Source of the DNA: Gouania willdenowi
Lineage: Eukaryota
Direction: 5' to 3'
Assembly: GCF_900634775.1 (NCBI RefSeq)
Contig: NC_041060.1
Coordinates: forward strand, 14,597,051 to 14,661,050
DNA: 64,000 bases
The position numbers and the translations under genes are program-made. The notes under the pieces were generated by a model. That model did no database searches. It was given only the letters and a program-made list of their open reading frames with translations, and was not told the DNA's origin. Below are positions 28,301 to 39,000 of this stretch, piece after piece; position 1 is the first letter of the stretch; each line of letters starts with the position of its first letter.

Positions 28301-29757
28301 ACATGTGTGGGTGCTTGCTTGTGGACATGCGGGGGGGGCAACAGCCAAACGTCGTGCCGAACCAGTCTGTCTCTCCCGAACAGTAGAGGGCCGAGCCTTG
28401 GCAGCGGGGAGGACGAGGCGAGAACAGCCCAAAAACTCACGGGAGAAAGCAAAACAGACAAAGCTAGAAAACAAGGGAACATTAGCTTTGTTGTTAGAGG
28501 AGAAGAAAGTGGTCAGACAGTCTTTTTCTTCTTCCTTGACTGCGCACGCTGAGCAGGTTGTGCTGGCGCAGCAGCAGCCGCCAGAGCTGCAGGGTTCCCG
28601 GGCCAGGTGGGCGGGCCTCGATGAGGCTGTGGTGGAGCCGGCGGGGGAACAAAAAGTCTCGCCGCTTTAAACTGCGGACCCTGGGGAGTAGCCTGAGGGA
28701 AAGCCCTTTGTCGCACTGGTAGAGACGTGAGCGGGGGTTTCCTGGGGAGGCAGAGGCGGAGAGCCTTATTGTCTCTCTTTTTCTCCTCGCAGCTCCGCTG
28801 CATCGAAAAAAAACCAGGGCCGAAGATCTCTTGTGGAACAACAATGGCATCCAGGATGACACTTCGCGTCGGACAGTTTGGCCAGGTCAACCCAGCGGGC
28901 CTGCTCCTGGACAACCATGTTACTCATCACCTTCCCCATGGCCTGCACAGAGCAGCGCTGGGTGACATTGGCAACCGTGGATATTTCCTCCATTGTCGCC
29001 GGGTCCTAAGACAGGGCAAAATCCTCACAGAATTTAGCCTGATTGGCAGTGACGAGAGAGAGGACATTCAGCGCCTTGACTGAGAGAGCAGCGGCCGCGT
29101 ATGTCCTACCGGACAGGTCTGACTGGTGACGGTCCGCTCTGGATGGCAACACGGGCCTCCGAGGAGACACAGCGGGCTGTCGAGGAAGCAGGTGAGCCGC
29201 AACGAGGGGCTACAATGACCAACCAGGCCACAGCACGCTTACACACGTCCACCGTGTCCAGGCTGCGAGGATTGGAGACGGGCATGGAGCCCTCCATCTC
29301 CTCCTGAGAGGTAATGGAGTGAATGAAAAGTTTGTCCACACCCTAGCCGAAAGAGTCAGAGGAGTCCCCATCAAACTCTCCACTGTCAATCACGAGGACA
29401 TCCTCGTGAAGCGAAGAGGGGGTCGCTTGGTTGAGCTGGGAACCCCAGCTGGAAACCTGAGCAGCCGCAGTGTCCATCAGCGGAGCCTCTATCTCACTGG
29501 CCTCTATGGGGACGTTGTGAGGAGGGAATGAGTCCTGTTCAAACATGCCAATCTGGCGTGTCAGCCTCCTGTGCTGCTGGCACGAGCCCGGAGTCTCGAC
29601 CGCCATACAGGCATGTTCCAGACCCAGGCAGCTGGGGCAGAATTTGTGCTTGTCTTTGGCAGAGATTTTACCCCCACGTGGACAGAGACGGACGCGCTTT
29701 ACCGGCCACTCAGGATTGGCAGATTGAAATAAATGAGGTTGAATCCCATAGTGAGAC
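25387..29757 (-). mobile_element. DIRS-like tyrosine-recombinase retrotransposon (gag, RT, RNase H, YR), degenerate, with about 75-bp inverted terminal repeats
   Basis: Minus-strand ORF fragments: gag-like with a CCHC-type motif (29343..29759); RT motifs YFLVPKQGG.IRPILDLRALN and LLFGLSLSPRVF (27371..27894); RNase H motif VRTDNTMAMACINRQGG (26814..27035); tyrosine-recombinase motif LHEHSTRGLATSWA (25517..26173). Termini 25390-25470 and 29690-29757 are reverse complements (agatgtctcactatgggat.caacctc...atttatttcaat.tgc.aatcctga.tgg). The ORFs are split over three or more frames. Confidence 0.75.
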
Positions 29758-30462
29758 ATCTAACAAAATATTATGAAATAGAACTTAAGGAAAAGTTAAT
29801 TTGTCTTCACTTTAAATGATAGATAATAAAGCTATATTATATTATTGTTTGGAGTCTAACTTGACACCATGGGAGAAAATAGCATTCATAATGGTGGGTA
29901 ACATGTACTATATGAAGTCATAAATAGGATTCTCCTCCAGGCAAGTTGTAACTTATCAAAGGTTTAAACTGGGTTGGAATCTCAATCTATTTCTCTGCTT
30001 CAATTGCCAGAAATGGCTGTTCACTGCCCACCAAGACAAATGTTTTTAACTCATTTGTTTTTGAATGACCATTTCTTGAAATGTGCAAGTCTTTATTTTT
30101 GCTCCATTTGTTAAATCTAACTGAGTACTGTGTGGTATCTTGTTTTTCTGCTTCTGCTCATTAATCTTAGCAGACGAGCGCTCTTTAGTCACACACCATG
30201 CTGGTCAGTTATCGCTCCATCTGCTGCTTGTTTTTTGCTGACGCATCATTAAAAGCAAAAGCATCAGCACAACTGTGAGACATTTGCTTCTTTCATGCAG
30301 AATTTGAGGAAAGATTCTAACGTTTGCTCACCGTTAGGTTGAGCAAATGCTGTACCAAAAGCTTTTGTTCTTGTAGCTTTCATTAGTCATTATGTTGGAT
30401 TTGTGCTTCTGGTAAGGTTTGCAGTACTGTTACAAGGTAAGAACATTCATTATTACCTCCTT

Positions 30463-30490
30463 TTTTCTTTTCTTTTCTTTTCTTTTCTTT
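30463..30490. repeat. (TTTTC)n microsatellite
   Basis: ttttcttttcttttcttttcttttcttt. Confidence 0.9.
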
Positions 30491-30595
30491 AGTTCAGGCC
30501 TATATACAATGTGTATCTCCTCCCACTGCTGCTTTGCAATGGACTCATGTTGCAAATAATGGAACAGTGAACACAATGTTGCTTGTTTGTCCACA

Positions 30596-30772
30596 GCTCA
30601 GTTCTGTAATCCATCCAACCTGAACCATGGTTATTTTGTTCCTGTGAAAGCAACAAATCAACATGGAGCAAATCTCACATATGCCTGTGAGGAAGGACAC
30701 AAGCCTGTAGCCAAGGGCTGGTGGACAAGAGTCACATGTCAGGGGGAAAGATGGTCTCCTGTGCCGTAGTGT
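30596..30772 (+). pseudogene. Decayed sushi/CCP exon (AQFCNPSNLNHGYFVPVKATNQHGANLTYACEEGHKPVAKGWWTRVTCQGERWSPVP-stop-C) with an in-frame TAG before the last Cys and no splice donor
   Basis: Paralogous to the intact exon 44833..45024, which ends ...ARCI g|gtaagt. Here the frame reads ccg TAG tgt and no GT donor follows. Confidence 0.6.
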
Positions 30773-31249
30773 ATCAATACTTAAAGATGGATAAATCTTT
30801 ATTGTCATTGCCTAATCATACAAAGTACAACATACAATGAAATTGGACCACATTCCCCCTCCATGCAAATCACATTTCATTCACACACAATAAATAAATA
30901 AATGGGATAAAAAGTGCAAAGAGGCAATTAATTGATCATTTTTCAGAATAAAAACAGTATGAATAATTAAATGATAAAACAGTTTAGTGTGGGTCTGTCA
31001 GGAGTAAGCAGTTTTTGTTCAGAAAGGTTATTGCGCTGTTTGTGTGTGATTTTAGTGTCTCCTGCCAGAGGGGTAACAACTCAAACACCTGATGTCCTGG
31101 GTGTTTACCGTCTCTTAAAACTCTGCTTGCCCTTTTGAGACAGTGAACCCTGTACGTGTGCTCCAGGGAGGGGAGAGGGTGGCCGATGATTTTCTGGGCA
31201 GTTTAATGACCCTTTGGAATGCCGTCAACTGTGCCATGGTGCAGCTGTT

Positions 31250-31812
31250 AAATCACAGAGAGATGCAGTAGGTGAGTACGCTTTCAATGGAGCAGCGATA
31301 GAAGACTGTCAGCAACTCCCTCTTCAAGTTGTTTTTCCTTAGAATCCTCAAAAAGTGGAGATGTTGGTGGACCTTCTTCACAATCCCTGTGGTGTTGGTG
31401 CTCCATTTGAGTTCTGCATTCATGTGTGCACCGAGGTACTTGTAGCGGTACAGCCTCCCCACTGATGCAGACAGATTGGAGAACAGTCTTCTTTTGATGT
31501 GTTGATGGTTAGGTTGTTTTCAGCACTCCACCAACCAATGGATCTCAGTCCCGTATGACGTCTCATTTCCTCCAGAGATGAGCCCGACAATTGCAGTGTC
31601 ATCTGCAAATGTGATGATGATGCTGCTTAGGTGGGTGCTGATACAGTCATGTGTACAGAAGAGGGCTCAGCACACAGCCTTGGGGAGAGTCTGTGTTGAG
31701 GCTAAGGGCTGTGGAGAGATGAGGACCCACTCTGACTCTCTGAACGCGGCCTGTTAAGAAGTTTCTGATCCAGTAGCAGGTGATTGGGGGGGGGGGGGGG
31801 GGGGGAGTCCAA
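31250..31812 (-). mobile_element. LINE (non-LTR retrotransposon) ORF2/reverse-transcriptase fragment, ending in a poly-G tract
   Basis: Minus-strand ORFs with FLTGRVQRVRVG...SPQGCVLSPLLYT and KYLGAHMNAELKWSTNTTGIVKKVHQHLHFLRILRK, typical fish LINE RT motifs; truncated; the poly-G run at 31786-31812 is probably a low-complexity or assembly artefact. Confidence 0.6.
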
Positions 31813-32758
31813 TGTCCAGTAATTTCCAGCTCTTCTGCAAGTCCAGCATCACTATCATCCTTTGTAGTGTTGCAGGACATGTAATGGGTGAGATGCTGGA
31901 CTTCCTGCCACACTCGCTGTGTGTTATTGTCTTTATAGTGTTCTTCTATTTTCTTTGTATAAGCTATAGCCATACCAAAAAAAACAGCCAAAAACATATT
32001 TGAGAGCTCCAGTATGTTATTTAAAAAAAAATTGTGATTTTTTTATTATCCCTTCACAGTAAGGTGGAGATATCAAAGGGGCGGGGTTTTTTTGATACAG
32101 AATTTCGAAAGACAAAAGTTAAATTGGTCACTATACTTTCTTTATGTACCATTAACCATGAAATCAAGTATTTCAAAATAAAAGGCTAATTCATACAATT
32201 TAGCTTGAAGGTATTTAGAAAACTTTATTACTGTCTTTGGTTTGAATAGACAAACAATTTTGAAGTAAGAAAACATTTACTACCTTAAACTGATGCAGTT
32301 GTACAAATAGAAAGTAATAATTAGTTTTCAAACAAGATTTATATGGATATAAGGATTTATATTTGTCTCATTGTTTTTATATTACCATGTGTTTTTATTG
32401 GGTCAAATTTGCACTGCTACATGTTTATATGTCGTTATATGTTTTTATGTACTATGCACTCTTGTGTTTTGTTGTGACTTGTATGTCTTTTATGCTCCCC
32501 ATATCTTTGCACTCTGAGTCACATATATTAGGGACAAATAAAGTTGGTGATTGATTAAAAAAGAGTATTAGACTAAAACTAAGTAGTATTTTATTCAGAA
32601 GACTATGACTAAAACTAATTCCAAATGTTACTGTAAAAAAATAACCTTACTGTCAGTGATCATAATGTAAAATTGGATGTTGGGAATAAAAATCCTCTTT
32701 TTTTTTTTTTTTCATTAGTTTGTTGTGGTTCAGTGTAACAACAGTCTTTGTCCTTAAG

Positions 32759-32939
32759 GTGAAAATGCACGCCTTCCCACCAACTGTTGCAAATGGAACA
32801 TACAGAAAAAACCTAAATGGCTGGTATGAGGTAAACAATGTGATTTCTATAACGTGCAACAAAGGATATGAACACACAGGCCAATACTCAACAGCCAAAT
32901 GTTTGGGAGGAGTGTGGTCTTCTTTGCCTTCATGTCAGC
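32759..32939 (+). CDS. Sushi/CCP exon, unit A copy, intact (VKMHAFPPTVANGTYRKNLNGWYEVNNVISITCNKGYEHTGQYSTAKCLGGVWSSLPSCQ); lies upstream of the copy-A signal-peptide exon, so it probably belongs to a more 5' remnant gene
   Basis: CCP consensus (Cys spacing, W...P.C); acceptor ccttaag; phase-1 donor c|gtaagc. Its B counterpart carries a 2-bp deletion. Confidence 0.5.
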
Positions 32940-33028
32940 GTAAGCTCCTCATTGCTTTTAAGTGTGAAGAAATCACTTTTCAGATACTCTTGGTTATCAC
33001 AGTGACTCTTCTTTTTTTTTTTTTACAG

Positions 33029-33204
33029 AGCTTATCCATTCATGCCTGGAGCCTCCTAAAATCCCACATACAGGAAAACGACAGTGTTTGCTGTGGACTC
33101 AAATGTGCAATATAAATGCCAGCGTGGATACACCGCAGTGGGAGGACACACCACAGCATCTGTCACCTGCAGGGATGGACAATGGACGAGACGCCCATCC
33201 TGCA
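33029..33204 (+). pseudogene. Sushi/CCP exon with an internal 1-nt frameshift (N-half CLEPPKIPHTGKRQ in one frame, C-half VFAVDSNVQYKCQRGYTAVGGHTTASVTCRDGQWTRRPSCS in another)
   Basis: The four CCP cysteines are split over two frames around 33085. The same lesion is present in the B copy 43573..43748, so it predates the duplication or is a shared assembly error. Confidence 0.5.
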
Positions 33205-34152
33205 GTAAGAGGACAATAACGTTCTAACTATTTGCCAGCTTTAGCTTTCTCATCATCAACTTTAAAAAAAATCACACAATTGTATTCATTTATTTATTTT
33301 AGAGAATCATACCGGTTATTGAGATTCATTCATACATATATACCTGCTGATCCTTTACAGCAGACATAGGCAACCCTGGATCTAATTTTTTTGCGGCCCC
33401 CAAAACAAATCCTCAAAAATTGTATTTCACGAAGTTGGAAGGAATATAAAGCCCAATATAATACACAAAATACAGTACATGAGATGTTTACTGTATGCAA
33501 GGGAATCATGACAAGATTTATTACCGACAACAAACGTGGGGGGTGAAAGTAACTAGTTTACTTTGAGTACTATTTAATTGAGCTATCTTTACTTGTACTT
33601 GAGTATTTTATGTATGACTTACTTGTACTTGACTGCAGTTTCAATCAAGTAACAGTACTTCTACTTGAGTAGGATATATACTGTAAGTACTCTTTACACC
33701 TTCACGTAACACTGAAGTATACAGGCACCTACTGCTCAGAGGAGCTCCAGAGCTGCTTTCGACCTCGCACTCTCCAGACAAGCCTTGGTGCCTGTATCTG
33801 ACTTTTTCATCATGTAATAATAAATGTTGTATTTATATCATGAAGATGTCAGTGGAGAATTCTTCAACCTCTTCACATCAACAAGGGAAATCCATTTATA
33901 ACAACCTCTGCCCATTGGTTCAGTGGTTAGTTTTGTTTTTTTAATTAGTGACTAATGCTTGTTTTACACAATTTACTGGCTTCTCAACATAGACATTCAA
34001 TAACAGCCATTTTGGGAAATGTTTGTTATTTCCCAACTTCTTATCTCTTTGTGGATATACCCAACAATAATTAACTGATCCACATCTGTCAGCAGCTCCA
34101 AACTCAGATTTATTCTGCATGGAGTTTATGTCCTGAAAACATGTGTGCGACG

Positions 34153-34204
34153 ATGACTCTGCGTTTTCTCCTGCTGGGTCTGTTTGTTCTGATGCTGCAG
34201 CATG
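34153..34204 (+). CDS. CFH/F13B-family gene copy A, exon 1: signal peptide MTLRFLLLGLFVLMLQH(G)
   Basis: ATG followed by a hydrophobic leader and a phase-1 donor g|gtaagg; identical to the B copy 44698..44749. Confidence 0.65.
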
Positions 34205-34337
34205 GTAAGGACCTTAAACCAAACTTTATCATGGAGAGAAAAAGCTGTTTAATGGATCTTTGTACTTCTGCGTTGTGTGTGTAGCAGTTTCAATTACCAG
34301 CAAATAATGATGACATGAGATTACTATTTCCTACCAG

Positions 34338-34403
34338 GAAGAACAGTTACTGAAAATGACGGATCCACAACTGGAACTGGTGAAAGTGTCACTCCATCTT
34401 CTG
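34338..34403 (+). CDS. Possible Ser/Thr/Gly-rich linker mini-exon of copy A (GRTVTENDGSTTGTGESVTPSS); boundaries uncertain
   Basis: Acceptor cctaccag is in phase with the signal-peptide exon. The only donor that keeps phase with the next CCP exon is the weak tctg|gtgttg; the strong gtgagt 14 nt downstream breaks phase. Confidence 0.3.
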
Positions 34404-34559
34404 GTGTTGGATGTGAGTTTCTTTTTTATTGTAGACATTAATAATGTCTGTAAAATGTTCCTTCAGGAGCAGATCACGTAGAATCCCAACAGAGGGCAGG
34501 ATTCAGTCAAACAGCCATAAATCTACCAACATGTGGGGTGCTGAATGTAAAACCTTGGT

Positions 34560-35420
34560 CACTGTTTCATAGCCGACATATTTTGAACATTTAATTCATT
34601 TTCTTCACGTTTAGCTAAATTTCTTCACATTTAGCTAATTTTCTTCACATTTAGCAAACTTTTCATTCATTTAGAGCAAATTCATGTAAAACAGCATGTT
34701 CTGTCATTGGTAAAAATGTGTAAACATGAAAAATAAATCTATATATAAATGTTAAATGTAAATCTAAATGTTAAATTGTCACCACTGTAAAGCTAAATGT
34801 TTAGAAATTATACAAAGATCACAAGGCCCCGCCCACACTCCACACACCACACCCTCCCAGGTCTTCTGCATCATCAGTATTTTCATCACTGGCAAAAGTG
34901 AGTTGACATACCGCATGCCGCCGGTACTCTCAGTGATTCCACGTCTGTTAAACTGTCTGAGGGCAGTTATCTACACATTCTGTCGGCTGATGTACAGCCC
35001 GTACACCTGTCATTACCGCTCTTTTGAGTTTGTCATTTTGGAGCAATGCCGCTCTTCCCCTCTCCTCACTCACTGCCGTGGTCTGTGGTGTGGGCGGGGC
35101 CTTGTGATTGACAGATGCTGACCTGCCCATTTTGCATAATTCCTAAACATTTAGCTTTACACTTGGTGGCTGATTTAACATTTAGATATAAATGTAATGT
35201 TTAGATTTATAATTAACATTTAGATTTAATATTTACATTTAGATTGTACACATTTTTAACAATGATATAGAAAATGTTCTTCTATATGAATTTCTGTCTC
35301 AAATGAAAGAAAAATGAGCTAAATGTGAGGAAAGTGAGCTAAATGTTCAAAATCAGTCAGCTATGAAAAAGTGGGTGTTTTTACATTCAGCACCCCATAC
35401 CAACATGCATGTCAGGAAGT
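34560..35420. repeat. Palindromic foldback element (about 860 bp) built from inverted blocks of aaatgtgaagaaa / tttcttcacattt subrepeats around a GC-rich core (ggccccgcccacac ... gtgtgggcggggcc)
   Basis: Left arm 34590-34790 and right arm 35100-35400 are reverse complements; the core carries a 117-codon ORF (34768..35121). A duplicated copy lies at 46960..47830. Confidence 0.6.
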
Positions 35421-35652
35421 CGTTTGATGACCTGAGTTCATCTTTAATCCCGTACAAACTTGTGTTTACACTCCACCAACAACAGCTGCTCACTGTGTTC
35501 GTGGGTCATTTTTTTTTACCAACATGTCACAAAACGTAAATATTGTACCAAAAACAATCGTCTATGATGATGAAAAGGAGACATGATTTTTCTCTATTCT
35601 CACAGAGTTTATTGCCATAATTAATTATGTTTTCCTTTTTTTTTTTTTACAG

Positions 35653-35814
35653 TGAACAGATGTGGTGAAAAGCCAATTATTACCAATGGTGTAATTGTGC
35701 AAACCGGGAGCGATTATTTGAAATACGCGTGCCCATTGTATTACAAGCTCGAGGGCTCGGACACTGTGAGGTGCTTGAATAACGGCTTGTGGACACCATT
35801 GCCATTCTGCAGAG
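35653..35814 (+). CDS. CFH-like copy A sushi/CCP exon (VNRCGEKPIITNGVIVQTGSDYLKYACPLYYKLEGSDTVRCLNNGLWTPLPFCRG)
   Basis: Acceptor ttttttttacag; CCP consensus; phase-1 donor g|gtacaa. Confidence 0.7.
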
Positions 35815-35888
35815 GTACAAACAAAAACAAACTGCTCTGATATCTTGCTTTTAAGTAAATATTAAATATTGATATATCTTTTGCACAG

Positions 35889-36056
35889 AGGCTTTCTGCC
35901 ATGTGAACACTGAGGATTACCCCTTCTTAATAAATATACAAGCAGAATTTTTGTTGGAAGGTGAAAAGAAGAGGTTCAAGTGTGTGGAAAAATTTGTATG
36001 GAGTTCTACGTATTCAGAGTTCGAGTGCATGAATGGGATAGTGAAGCACACAGGTT
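35889..36056 (+). CDS. CFH-like copy A sushi/CCP exon (EAFCHVNTEDYPFLINIQAEFLLEGEKKRFKCVEKFVWSSTYSEFECMNGIVKHTGC); either spliced at t|gtaagt or read through to a stop at 36085
   Basis: Acceptor ttttgcacag; a CCP with long inter-Cys spacing, as in C-terminal CFH CCPs; strong donor GTAAGT at 36057. Confidence 0.65.
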
Positions 36057-39000
36057 GTAAGTATTACTGTCTCTCATTACATTAATGAATTCTACCATCA
36101 CTCACATGGTCTTTCTCTGTGAACACATACTGATGTATAAGACACAGATGGATTTTTATAGTCATTTTTGTTTGATGGGTGTTTCATTGCAACAAGAGAA
36201 TGAGTTGGAGACCATAAGGAAATTAAATGAAGTTGTGACAGTTAGCAAAATATTAAACAAAGATTTAAAGAAACAAAACTTTAACTGGAGAATGTGTCCA
36301 AACACTGAGCATTAAGGGAGGCTTGAATTGGAATGGGACACACCTGAGGGGTATCCCAGAAAGTGGGTTAAGTTCAAACTCTGAGTTTGTTCGGGCTCAA
36401 ATGAGGGAAACTCTGAGTGTCCGATTCCTGAAAACAAGGTAAGTTTTACTCTGAGTTAGTCACCATGGTAACATCCTCTGTGAACTGAACCTGCTCGCTG
36501 GCAGGTTTTGTCTAAGAAACGTTGGGTTTCTACCTGGCTCCGCCCATCTAAACACGGCTTCTCTAGGAACACTTTAGTTTACCTTGACACTCTTCTCCGA
36601 CCACACATTTAGAACATCACACACCGCAGACGTGCGCTCACATTGTTACAAATGTTGTGCTGCTTTAGGTTTGTTTTGTTTTTGCAAACGGTAGTTTTCT
36701 TTACTACATTGTGGATGCAGAGCATATTTAGTTAAAGGTTCTAACGCCTATTATCGTCTTTTATAAAGTTCCCTGGATACAAACCTGTGCCAAATGTAAA
36801 GGTGAAATGTCAATTTAAAAAAATACACATTTAAGACTCAACATTTACATTGTTTCTGAAAAAAATCAAAGAGCAATATGGATGTTACAAGTGGATTAAT
36901 ACCTATTAACTGTAGAGTGTGTGTGGAAGTAGTGCAATGTTTTAGGAAGCACAGGAAATCATAGGGTCAGGGGTTCAAAATTCAACCTGGATTTTTTTTT
37001 TTTTTACAACGTCCTCTTGGGACGTCTAGAGTACATCTTTTTTGGACGTGCTGACGACTCATTTTACATGATGTAAAATGACGCGATGTCAAGCGGCCGT
37101 CACTGTCTGTAGAGCCGAGGCTGCAGCCCTCTCACTGTATCGGGAAGTTCCTCAACTTACTGGGGCCAAATGAAAGAGGAATACTCCTTGAATAACCCTT
37201 TTAAATTCTAATTATATTTTGAGTGAACTCATCCTTTAGTAACTCTGTAAGTTGATAATTTAAACTGTAAGTACAAGTGGAGCTGTCTTTGATAAGTGCT
37301 GTAAACGTACGGCCGGAGAAGAAGTGATCAGCCCTTTCAGCGCTGCTGCCGGCTCCGCAGACACAAGACTATTCATACTATTAATATTATTCCCTGGTCA
37401 CCGAAAAGCGCGACAATGTTTAAGCGGCTCATCACGGGCGATTTAAGCAACTATAGTCACTGAAGTTGCGTTCTATGTGAACGCACCTTTAGAACAGGCT
37501 TGTATTCCCCAAACACCTCCTTTTTTACCCATCTGGGTGAAATAAATATCTCTCTTCCAGCTGGTTGCCATGGTAGTTTGTGTTATCTTTGCTTTATTGA
37601 TGGTAGCTTTTAGGTTTACATACTCAGATTTGATTGACCCACTTCATACCAGCTGTAATAGAATCGGATAGACTCAGAATTTGTTGAACCTCCTTTCTGG
37701 AATACTCCTCAGGTGTCAAACATGAGGAAGCTAATCACTCACAACCTAAACACACTGACATCACTGGGAGGTGGAGACACCAGCAGGAATACCAGGGAAC
37801 ACAAAGACTCACAAGACTTAACAGAACGATCAAAGCAACTAGAAACCTAAACTACAAACAAATAAATAAACTAGGACTTACTGAAATAAACTCAGAAACC
37901 CACAGGGCTAAAAAACAAACCCTGTGTTGATCTAAAATATCTGATAGCTACACTTTGTCTGAAGGCTCCAGCTAACCTCTCACTGTTTTTTTGTTTGTTT
38001 ACAGGTTGTCGTAAAGCTCAGTTTTTAATTGTGAGTATTCCCACATTTCTTAAAACAAACACTAATGATCACAGCCGTACTTTTATAGAAAAAGTGGCAG
38101 ATCTACTTAATTCCTAAAGGCATCTCTATGATTATGGAACCAACTTCCTGTGATTTCTTTTAGGTTAAAGTTTATCTTACAACTTTATTAGGATAAGTGT
38201 AAAGGGTTTTGAAATTTGAAGTGTGTGTGCGCGCGTGTGTCAAGAGCATTGATCTCTTGTTCAATTCAACAATATAAACATGCCTTTAGCCGCATTGTGT
38301 GCTTCTATCTGTTTATCGCACAGGAAGCTGCACCCATAATCAGGAAGTATCAGCCTAATAATCAGACTTATGGGGCTCCTACACTCTATTATGTAATATT
38401 TTCATATTGTTAACTTTTACCTTCTGTTTTGTTTTTGTTTTGTTACAGAACATGTGCTAAGAAAGCATGATTTGACTGTGTTGTCAAATCTGAAAGGGGA
38501 GTACAGATATCTTCTTGGGATTGATGACCCCAGTATACACAGTGAAGCTGGCACAAACCAAAGACACAAGAAAATCTACCAAGGGACGTTTAGACTGAAA
38601 TGGTTTCATATCTAAGGGTTGTAAACAGAGTTTGCTGCTTGTCCACCAGCCTCTGATTAACTAGAAACTTTAAGACTAGTTTCAGGAATCAACTTTTCCA
38701 GTCAGGCTACAGCGACCCTTGTATTCTTTAATATATCTACATTTAGATTCCAGACAGGAGAAATGAGTGCTTCTGTTGCAACAATGTCAAAATTGAATAA
38801 AGTAACTACTCCATTACCTTAATATCGCATTCATGTATTTATTTCCTTTAAGCACCTGTAACTCCAAAAGTCTCGGTTCACACCATACGACACATGTAGA
38901 AAAACCAGCTTGTTTTCCTGAGGTTGATCAGGAATTAGTAATTAAAGCAATACGTTTCTAGGGTATTGTGTCACATAGAGCAGGGGTTCTCAAATGGGGG

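Noticed and set aside
25517-29759. Individual ORFs of 60-218 aa reported on both strands within 25.5-29.8 kb
   Set aside because: They are overlapping, frame-shifted fragments of one degenerate DIRS-like element, and the plus-strand ORFs are GC-rich antisense read-throughs. None is called as a separate gene.
31786-31812. 27-nt poly-G run
   Set aside because: Probably a low-complexity or assembly artefact at a LINE fragment boundary. No G-quadruplex claim is made.
34768-35121. 117-aa ORF conserved (about 96% aa) between 34768..35121 and 47172..47525
   Set aside because: The conservation is only that expected from the recent segmental duplication. It lies in the core of a palindromic repeat, with no start context or domain.
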